DNA from: an uncultured Bacteroides sp.
GTDB taxonomy: Bacteria; Bacteroidota; Bacteroidia; Bacteroidales; SM23-62
Direction: 5' to 3'
Length of the DNA stretch: 64,000 bases
NCBI GenBank assembly: GCA_964431315.1
Contig: CAYSJH010000015.1
Location: 8,352-72,351, forward strand
Positions 36,040 to 43,793 of the stretch are shown here, in pieces (position 1 is the first letter of the stretch; each line of letters opens with the position of its first letter). The position numbers and the translations under genes are program-made. Under the pieces are notes generated by a model. That model did no database searches and had not been told where the DNA came from. It saw only the letters and a list, made by a program, of their open reading frames with translations.

Positions 36040-38982
36040 CTAAAAACCTACGGAAATTCCACCCCCGAGATAACGGGTAGAGGGAAAAGCGCCGTAATCG
36101 ATGGAAAGGGGACCCATGGAACTGACCTCCGGGTCGTAACCCTTATAGCCTGTCAGGGTGAAAAGGTTCTGAGCCGTCAGGTATACCTTGCACTTTTTCA
36201 TGCCGATTTTATCAATAAGTCCCGAAGGCAGATTATAACCGAGTGACAGGTATTTGAGCCTGAAAAAGGACCCTTTCTCGATGAACCGGTCCGATAGCTG
36301 AGTATTGATGGTGCCGATACTGGCGCGTGGGATCTCGTTGGATGTCCCCTCACCGGTCCAGCTGTTGAGGGCAGCGGCGGACTGGTTGATCCAGTCATTC
36401 AGACCCTCTGTCTGCATGCGGGTCAGGTTCAGCACATCCTGGCCGATCATCCCGTAGAAAAACAGGTTGATCTCGAAATTCCCAAGCTGGAAGGTGTTGT
36501 CGAACCCGATGATCATATGCGGGTTCGGATCACCCAGCACTACCCGGTCCTGTCCGTCTATGGCATTATCCCCGTTCTGGTCTTTATAACGGACATCCCC
36601 CGGCCCTGCTCCGGGCAGGGAAGCGTTGTTGTCCACTTCCCCCTGGTTCTGGAAGATCCCTTCCGTTTCGTATCCCCATAAGGCGTAAACCGGCTCTCCC
36701 GGTTTGATCACGTTTGAATGGCCGCCGTATCCGACCTCAAGGCAGGAATAGGATCCATCCACCTTTTCCACCTGGTTATTCAGGCTGGTAAAATTAAGCT
36801 GGGTCGACCATTTGAAGTTTTCCTTCAAGATGTTGAGGGTATTCAGCCCGATTTCCAGTCCCCCTGCCTTGTATTCACCTGAATTCCTGTAGGTTGAATC
36901 CGAAAGGTCCGGCATGATCACATCCACGGTGCGGCGGGAATAATAAGCGGCCGATACGCTGACCCGGTCCTTTACCAGGCCGAGGTCAATTCCCGCTTCC
37001 ATCTCGCTGCTGCTTTCCCACCGCTGGTTCTGCAGGTTCAGGATGGAAAAACCGATGCCCGGGAAAAGTGCCTCCACGTAATCTTCATCGGGATTGAAAC
37101 CGCTTAGGGGACTTTTCCAGTAATACGGGTAGATTCTGCCGGAAAAATTCCCTCCGTCATTGCCGGCCATCCCGTACGATGCATGCAGGGTCAGGTTGGT
37201 AATTGCATCCGCTCCGTCAAGAAAACCTTCCCTCGCCATATTCCATGCGAGATTGGCACCCAGGAAAGTGCCCCAGGTGGGTTTCTTACTGATTTCCCAC
37301 ACCTCAGGGTCCAGGAAGTCGCTGATCACTTCGAGGTCGCTGGAGAACCTCGAGCTGCCGTCTCCCCTGACATTCAACCCGATAAAATATTTTTCATCGT
37401 AATTATAATCCACTGCTGCCAGCCAGGATTTTGTACTGAATTTATTCACATTGGAATTGACAAAGCTGATCGTCGGGGTCCCGCTGACCAGCTTGATGTC
37501 GTCATTGGTATAGTCCACCCCGATGGCTTCATTAAAGCCGTTGTTGCTTCCGAACCATCCTCCTCCCGCCATGAGAGATATATTGTGATCGGAGAAGGAC
37601 CGGTCGTAACTGAGATAACCCTTGGCATCCCAGAGGTATTTTTCCTGGCCCGCCTCATAGGCAAGTCCCCGATTAACCCTTCCGATGTATACCTTGGTTG
37701 TGGAAAGGAACAGGTTGCGCCGGTTAAGTCCGATGTTGGTTGAGCCGACCACATGCAGTTTCAGTCCCTCCACAATCCAGTAACTGCCTGCAAACCTCAG
37801 CAGCACAGAGGTCCGGTTTATTTCATCGAACACGCCGTTGGCATTGGCCCCGACGTTATTGATCTGCGGCCTGATGGGATTGATAAAATAGCCTCCGGAT
37901 TCAATCTGCTGTGCATCCTGCATCGGCAGGAAAGGCGGAGTGGCAAGTGCGGAAAGGATTACCCCCCCTCCCTGAGCCGAGGAATCGGTATTAACGGGTA
38001 TTTGCCTGGATTTACTCAGGTAAAACCCGGTGCTGAAATCAAGGCGCTCTCCTATTTTTTTATTCAGGTTGAAGGCAAGGGTCATCCTCGAAAAAGAGGA
38101 TGGATCGACGACACCCTCGTTTTTCTGCCAGGAACCTGCGATCCTGAACATGGTCTTATCGGTCCCCCCGCTGAAGGCAAGGGAGTAATTCTGCTGGAAG
38201 ACATTCTGGAAAAGTTCGTCCTGCCAGTCCATATTTTTCAGATCACCGGTGTTGATATTGACCCCGGAAACATGGTCTGATGGTCCCCAGAATACGCTTT
38301 TGTCACCGGGAGTAGCTGCAAAAGGCGCATTCAGTTCCTGCATCAGGTCGAAAGCCTGCTGGCCGTTCAGTAATTCCTGGAACTTTGGAGGTGTGGCCAT
38401 GCCCCAGGAAGCATTGAATTCAACGGCATTGCTCATCAGCCCTCCCGCTTTGGTTGTTATCAGAACGAGGCCATTTGAGCCTTTGCTCCCGTACAATGCA
38501 GCAGTTGAAAGGTCCTTCACGATCCGGATGCTCTCGATGTCCATATAATTGAGATCCTGGGTGGTAAGGGTAGGAACACCATCCACCAGGATGACAGGGT
38601 CATGGTTGAAGAGATAAGTGTTCAGTCCCCTTATACTCACAAACGTGCCCTCTCCCGGGGCACCCGATAAGGAGGAAACCTGAACTCCCGGTACCCTGCC
38701 CTGCAGGGCCTCCAACGGATCCTCGGCAAGTATGGATTCGTGTCCGGAGGTTTCAAAACTCCCGCTTTTCTCCCTCAGGCGGTCCAGCAAAACATTTCCG
38801 CCCGCATAGGGAATAAGATCAGCGTCCAGGGTGACGGATGGATTCGCAGTTTTGCCTTCAGGTACCTCCTCCTGATCCTGCGAATGGAGAGGTAAATTCA
38901 TCATAAGCAGGATACTGCCTACCATAGCAAACCAGGCTTTCCGGTTGCACAGAAAAGCCGGCAAAATGGTTAATCTTTTCAT
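36040..38982 (-). CDS. SusC/RagA-family TonB-dependent transporter lacking the N-terminal carboxypeptidase-regulatory-like domain
   Basis: It has plug motifs (LQGRVPGVQVSSLSGAPGEGTFVSIRGLNT, ILVDGVP, IESIRIVKDLSTAALYGSKGSNGLVLITTK). It has a SusC-type barrel with the terminal ...GGGISVGF. After the signal peptide the protein goes almost directly into the plug. Confidence 0.9.
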   Translation of the reverse strand: MKRLTILPAFLCNRKAWFAMVGSILLMMNLPLHSQDQEEVPEGKTANPSVTLDADLIPYAGGNVLLDRLREKSGSFETSGHESILAEDPLEALQGRVPGVQVSSLSGAPGEGTFVSIRGLNTYLFNHDPVILVDGVPTLTTQDLNYMDIESIRIVKDLSTAALYGSKGSNGLVLITTKAGGLMSNAVEFNASWGMATPPKFQELLNGQQAFDLMQELNAPFAATPGDKSVFWGPSDHVSGVNINTGDLKNMDWQDELFQNVFQQNYSLAFSGGTDKTMFRIAGSWQKNEGVVDPSSFSRMTLAFNLNKKIGERLDFSTGFYLSKSRQIPVNTDSSAQGGGVILSALATPPFLPMQDAQQIESGGYFINPIRPQINNVGANANGVFDEINRTSVLLRFAGSYWIVEGLKLHVVGSTNIGLNRRNLFLSTTKVYIGRVNRGLAYEAGQEKYLWDAKGYLSYDRSFSDHNISLMAGGGWFGSNNGFNEAIGVDYTNDDIKLVSGTPTISFVNSNVNKFSTKSWLAAVDYNYDEKYFIGLNVRGDGSSRFSSDLEVISDFLDPEVWEISKKPTWGTFLGANLAWNMAREGFLDGADAITNLTLHASYGMAGNDGGNFSGRIYPYYWKSPLSGFNPDEDYVEALFPGIGFSILNLQNQRWESSSEMEAGIDLGLVKDRVSVSAAYYSRRTVDVIMPDLSDSTYRNSGEYKAGGLEIGLNTLNILKENFKWSTQLNFTSLNNQVEKVDGSYSCLEVGYGGHSNVIKPGEPVYALWGYETEGIFQNQGEVDNNASLPGAGPGDVRYKDQNGDNAIDGQDRVVLGDPNPHMIIGFDNTFQLGNFEINLFFYGMIGQDVLNLTRMQTEGLNDWINQSAAALNSWTGEGTSNEIPRASIGTINTQLSDRFIEKGSFFRLKYLSLGYNLPSGLIDKIGMKKCKVYLTAQNLFTLTGYKGYDPEVSSMGPLSIDYGAFPSTRYLGGGISVGF

Positions 38983-39063
38983 AGTTGGTTAATAAAGGTT
39001 GAAGTAAAATTCAGAAAAAAAAAGAACATAATCCATAAGCTATTAATAAATAGATAGTTATTG

Positions 39064-39093
39064 GAACATATGAGCACAAAAATGGATCATTAG
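39064..39093 (+). promoter_or_regulatory. degenerate copy of the phased repeat motif (site S) in the susC/HTCS divergent region
   Basis: GAACATATGAGCACAAAAATGGATCATTAG matches about 20 of 29 positions of site A, with the same CAT spacing (hand alignment). Confidence 0.25.
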
Positions 39094-39140
39094 TGTAGGA
39101 GAATTTTTGTATCTTGCCCCGGATCCATTCTTATCAGACC

Positions 39141-42100
39141 ATGGCCCTATCGCTGAAGTTAAGGACATTCTTGCTGGTCGTGTTTACGCTTCTGACCTGC
39201 TGGCAGGTCCGGGGACAGAACATTACATTTTACCACCTGACGGCGGACCAGGGGATGTCGGATAACAGGATCAACTGCGCCCTGCAGGACTACAGGGGAT
39301 TTCTCTGGTTCGGTGCCAACCCGGGACTGAACCGTTACGATGGTACAAATATCGTCGTTTACGGTCCCACTGAAAATGATTCGGTGAACCTGGCAAACCA
39401 GTTCATCTGCGCCCTCTACGAAGACCGCGACAGCCTTTTATGGGCGATCAGTGATTCCGGGCTTTTCCGGTACAACCGGATGCTGGATGTTTTCGCTCAT
39501 ATTGCTGTCCTGTATGCCCATGGGGAAGATACCCGCTTTATGCAGGTGGGATCGATCACAGAGGATGAGGACGGCAACATCTGGTTCGGCAATCAGTTCG
39601 GTGGCATTTATCGTTTCAGCAAAGGCAGTGAAACGCTGCGGTTCTACCCCGAGCCCACGCAAAGCATAAGCTGTCTTTATACTGACCGGTCCGGGCATCT
39701 TTGGGCGGGAACATTCGGCAGCGAGATCTACCTTTTCGATAAAACCCTGGACAGATACAGGCTGTATCATAAATTCAGCGCCAACATCGAGGATATCCCC
39801 GAAAATTACATCTGGAACATTTTTGAGAACCCGGAGGGGAAGATGATCGTCGGTACTTCATACGGGATCTACAGCCTGGATCCTGAATCCGGTAAAATCA
39901 GCAACCTTCCCTTTCTGCCCGAAACCCTCAGCAGTTTCCGGAACAATGAAATCAGGTACGTTTACGAGGAATCCCCCGAAAAAATATGGATAGGCACCTG
40001 GGGAAAGGGACTTTACCGGTACGATCCCCTGACCGGCAGGACGGAAAATTTCCAGGTGGAGCCATGGAGGACTTACAGCCTCAGCAACAATGACGTCAAC
40101 TTCATTTTCAAGGACCGCAGCGGGGTGCTCTGGATCGGCACGCAGGACGGCCTGAACATCCTGGATCCCGCGAAGAGCCTGTTCCGGAAGTACCAGAACA
40201 ATCCGAACGATCCCGCCAGCCTTCATTTTAATTTCATCACATCATTCTGTGAAGACAGGCAGGGTATGATCTGGGTAGGAACCTACGGGAACGGCATAAG
40301 CATTTTTAATCCCGTCACCGAAACCTTCACCCTCCTGAGAAGAGACTCGCATTCCTCCAACACATTGGTCAACAATGCGATCCGGGCCATTTGTGAAGAT
40401 CCTTCGGGACATATGTGGATAGGAACAATGAAGGGACTGGACCGTTTTGATCCCCGGACCGGCCGGTTTCAACCCTACCCTTTTCGGAGCAGCGATTCTG
40501 CAGCCGTATCATCGAACGATATTCTCTGTGTAATCAATGGCACACAGAATGACCTCTGGGTTGGGACCTATGGGGGCGGGATCGAACGGGTGTATTTGCC
40601 GTCCCGTCCCGGTGAAACCATCCGATCTGTTAACTACCACCATCATCCTGATGACCCCAACAGCCTATCGAGCAACTATATACGCAGCCTTTGCCTGGAT
40701 GCCTCCGGAAAGCTCTGGATCGGGACCCTTGGAGGCGGCGTTTCGCGGATGGACCCGGAAACCGGGAATTTCACCCGCCTGGAGCAAATGGCCACCAAAC
40801 AATCCCGGCAGGTCAACACTTACATCAACTGCATAAAGGAAGTTTCCAGTGGAGACATCTGGATCGGGACATGGGAAGGAATTGTAGTATTCCATCCCGA
40901 ATCGGGGGGAATAATAAGGTATACCGTTGAAGAGGGCCTGCCCGACAATAACATCAGTGAGATACAGGAAGATGATTCGGGCAATATCTGGGTAAGTACT
41001 TTTAAAGGCATTGTAAAGTTCGATCTCAACGAGCAGCGAGGCAGGCTGTTTACGGGTTACAACAAGGGGAACGGCCTTCAGGGCAGTAAATTCAACGTCA
41101 ATGCCTCACTGAAAGCCAGCGACGGCAGCCTTTATTTCGGAGGAACGACCGGTTTTAACATCATCTACCCGGACCAGGTCCGGGCAAATACCCTGCCTCC
41201 CTCCGTTGTACTTACTTCCCTGCGGATCTTTAACGAACCTGTCTATCCCGGTGAGAGAATCAACGGGCGTATAATACTTGAAAAAACCATTTCTGAATCG
41301 GAAAGGATCACACTTACCCACAGGGATAGGATCGTCTCCATTGAATTTGCCGCCCTTTTCTTTTCGGAAACGGATAAGCTTACTTATCGGTATTTCCTTG
41401 AAGGTATTGACATGGACTGGGTTACGGTCGATTCTAAAAGATCCTTTGCCACCTACTCCAACCTCAAAAAGGGCGATTATTTATTTCGTGTACAGGCGGC
41501 CAACAGCGACGGCATCTGGAACGAAGCCGGTGCCAGTCTTAATATCAAAGTGCTTCCACCCGCATGGAATACCTGGTGGGCCATCATCATTTATGCACTC
41601 ATTGTATCCCTGTTATTATTATTGGGCAGGAATTATTCCGTGGCACGCGCAAATCTCAAAAACGAATTGAAGTACGAGCAGATCGAGAGGGAAAAAGCCA
41701 ATGAGCTGAACCAGATGAAACTCCGTTTTTTCACCAACATTTCCCATGAATTCAGGACTCCCCTCACCCTGATCGTCGGTCCCCTGGAGAAACTTGCGGA
41801 AATGATCGATCTGCCAGGCAAAGCAAAGGACCACATTCATGTGATCAATAAAAATGCCAGGCGGCTTCTCCACCTGCTCAACCAGCTCATGGATTTCCGG
41901 AAGATTGATACCGGGAATACTAAACTGAAAGCGGCTGAAAGTGATGTCGTTTCCTTTGTTGAAGAAATTAAATCGGCTTTTAATGATTTTGCCAGGGAGC
42001 ACAGGATCCGTTATGAAATGATCAGCGACATGGACCAGCAATTGTTGTGGTTCGACCGGGATAAGCTGGAAATTGTTTTGTACAACCTGCTTTCTAATGC

Positions 42101-43382
42101 ATTTAAGTTTACAAGCGACAGGGGAAAGGTCAGCATCCAGATTGATATCAGAAATGAAACCAAAAACAGGAAAATCATAAAACGGCGTTCCGGAAAATAT
42201 TCCAGATCGGAGAAAGCCGAAATCATGGATAGACCCCACCTAAGGATCAGCGTGGAGGACAATGGAATAGGGATACCCAGGGAGAGGATCAATAAGATCT
42301 TCGACAGGTTCTACCAGGTGGAAAGCACCCATGCACTTCGGCAGACCTTGAAGGATACCGGGACTGGTATCGGCCTGTCCATCTCAAAGGAATTCATCGA
42401 GCTGCACCGGGGAATGATCACCGTGGAAAGTGAGCTTGGCAGGGGAACCGTCTTCAGTGTCTTTTTACCGCTTGGTTCCGAACACCTTGATGAATCGGAG
42501 AAGTCCACCGCTCCACCGGACAGTGTGTCGGAAGGGACGAGCATCGATGCGGTACTGCTTGCCGACGGACCGGAGAACGACTATCTTGAAAAGGAAAGAT
42601 CCCTGTTGCAGGAACACAGCGCTTCCGGGACAAAGATCCTGGTAGTTGAAGATAATGATGATATAAGGAAATTCATCATCAGTTGCTTTGAAAGTGATTT
42701 CAGTGTTTATGAAACCGATAACGCCATCGAGGGATTCGACATTGCCATACAGGAAGTTCCGGATCTGATCATCAGCGACATACGCATGCCTGTAATGGAC
42801 GGTCATGAATTCTGTTCAAAAATTAAATCGGACGTCAGAACGAGCCACATCCCGGTAATCCTGCTAACAGCTTATAATACCGAAGAAAACCAGATCCAGG
42901 GCTATGAAACGGGGGCCGATGCTTACATCACGAAACCTTTCAATGCCAGGCTTCTCAATGCACGCATCAGGAACCTTATCGAGATACGCCGCCAGCTTAA
43001 GAAGATATTCGGTTCCGAGCTCGATATCAATCCCAAAAGATTCACGCTGAACACCCTGGATGAGAAGTTCATCAAAAATGCCATAAGCATAGTCGAAGAA
43101 AGCATGGCAGATCCCGATTTCAGCGTGGTAAGCCTGGGCCGTAACCTGGGTATGAGCCGCACAAACCTGTTCCGGAAAATGAAAGCCCTGACCGACCAGT
43201 CCGCGAGCGAATTCATACGTACCATACGGATGAAAAAAGCGGCACAGGCCCTTCTCTCAGGCTACAATGTATCCCAGGCAATGTACGAAGTGGGGATTAA
43301 CAGCCGCTCCTATTTCAACAAATGCTTCTACCAGCATTTCAAGATGACGCCCTCGGAATTCATCAAGGAGCATACGTACTAG
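39141..43382 (+). CDS. hybrid two-component system sensor kinase/response regulator with AraC-type DNA-binding domain (HTCS)
   Basis: The domain order is: periplasmic beta-propeller repeats (many ...W[IF]GT..G[LI]..[YF]... units); Y_Y_Y domain (LTYRYFLEGIDMDWVTV); a TM helix; H-box FFTNISHEFRTPLTLI; ATPase G-box GTGIGLSISKEFIELHRG; receiver ILVVEDNDDI...DLIISDIRMPVMDG; and an AraC HTH tail. The track start at 39114 is a TTG, and the ATG at 39141 is preferred. Confidence 0.95.
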   Translation: MALSLKLRTFLLVVFTLLTCWQVRGQNITFYHLTADQGMSDNRINCALQDYRGFLWFGANPGLNRYDGTNIVVYGPTENDSVNLANQFICALYEDRDSLLWAISDSGLFRYNRMLDVFAHIAVLYAHGEDTRFMQVGSITEDEDGNIWFGNQFGGIYRFSKGSETLRFYPEPTQSISCLYTDRSGHLWAGTFGSEIYLFDKTLDRYRLYHKFSANIEDIPENYIWNIFENPEGKMIVGTSYGIYSLDPESGKISNLPFLPETLSSFRNNEIRYVYEESPEKIWIGTWGKGLYRYDPLTGRTENFQVEPWRTYSLSNNDVNFIFKDRSGVLWIGTQDGLNILDPAKSLFRKYQNNPNDPASLHFNFITSFCEDRQGMIWVGTYGNGISIFNPVTETFTLLRRDSHSSNTLVNNAIRAICEDPSGHMWIGTMKGLDRFDPRTGRFQPYPFRSSDSAAVSSNDILCVINGTQNDLWVGTYGGGIERVYLPSRPGETIRSVNYHHHPDDPNSLSSNYIRSLCLDASGKLWIGTLGGGVSRMDPETGNFTRLEQMATKQSRQVNTYINCIKEVSSGDIWIGTWEGIVVFHPESGGIIRYTVEEGLPDNNISEIQEDDSGNIWVSTFKGIVKFDLNEQRGRLFTGYNKGNGLQGSKFNVNASLKASDGSLYFGGTTGFNIIYPDQVRANTLPPSVVLTSLRIFNEPVYPGERINGRIILEKTISESERITLTHRDRIVSIEFAALFFSETDKLTYRYFLEGIDMDWVTVDSKRSFATYSNLKKGDYLFRVQAANSDGIWNEAGASLNIKVLPPAWNTWWAIIIYALIVSLLLLLGRNYSVARANLKNELKYEQIEREKANELNQMKLRFFTNISHEFRTPLTLIVGPLEKLAEMIDLPGKAKDHIHVINKNARRLLHLLNQLMDFRKIDTGNTKLKAAESDVVSFVEEIKSAFNDFAREHRIRYEMISDMDQQLLWFDRDKLEIVLYNLLSNAFKFTSDRGKVSIQIDIRNETKNRKIIKRRSGKYSRSEKAEIMDRPHLRISVEDNGIGIPRERINKIFDRFYQVESTHALRQTLKDTGTGIGLSISKEFIELHRGMITVESELGRGTVFSVFLPLGSEHLDESEKSTAPPDSVSEGTSIDAVLLADGPENDYLEKERSLLQEHSASGTKILVVEDNDDIRKFIISCFESDFSVYETDNAIEGFDIAIQEVPDLIISDIRMPVMDGHEFCSKIKSDVRTSHIPVILLTAYNTEENQIQGYETGADAYITKPFNARLLNARIRNLIEIRRQLKKIFGSELDINPKRFTLNTLDEKFIKNAISIVEESMADPDFSVVSLGRNLGMSRTNLFRKMKALTDQSASEFIRTIRMKKAAQALLSGYNVSQAMYEVGINSRSYFNKCFYQHFKMTPSEFIKEHTY

Positions 43383-43416
43383 CTATTGGCTTCGAGTTGC
43401 CGGAACTCCGGCCCAT

Positions 43417-43450
43417 CTGAACATTTACGAACACATTTGCATCATTAAAG
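43417..43450 (+). promoter_or_regulatory. phased repeat motif, site C (plus-strand orientation, 2-nt longer first spacer)
   Basis: CTGAACATTTACGAACACATTTGCATCATTAAAG contains the same AACATTT / GAACACATTT / CAT words as sites A and B. It lies in the 411-nt gap after the HTCS gene. Confidence 0.35.
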
Positions 43451-43793
43451 GAATGCCTGTTATGCCTAAAATCATCAATTTTACTTCCAGAGCCAAGATC
43501 CCAGACGTTTAGATAATATGACATTCAGTGACATTAATAAGAAGAGAAGGAGGAAAATTACACAGGCGGTCATCGTTGAAATTGCTCTATACCTGCTTAT
43601 CATGGTCATTGTCGTAATCGTGATAAGCCTGTTACTCTGAAAGTACCGGTCACAATATTATGAAACACCCTCAATTATAAATCAAACCAGACCCGATCAT
43701 GAAAACCTTTAAAAACCGACCGCCTTAACCGGCTTCACCGACTGATAATTGCTTATCAGCATATTGTTAATTTTAATTATAAAACACTGAATT

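Noticed and set aside
39114-39140. N-terminal extensions in the ORF track that start at non-ATG codons: TTG at 39114 for the HTCS, TTG at 23599 for the fucosidase, and TTG at 22173 for the sulfatase. A comparable ATG extension occurs at 2021 for the first sulfatase.
   Set aside because: Internal ATGs give canonical signal peptides and remove overlaps with neighbouring genes or promoter elements, so I used those. The choice remains uncertain without ortholog alignment.
43399-43412. Small GC hairpin (GCCGG-aact-CCGGC) after the HTCS stop, considered as a terminator.
   Set aside because: The stem is only 5 bp and there is no following T-tract. This is too weak to call.
43742-43759. The inverted repeat contains GATAAT, so a Fur box was considered.
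   Set aside because: The half-site spacing (4-nt spacer) does not fit the 19-bp Fur consensus, and there is no iron-related gene context.
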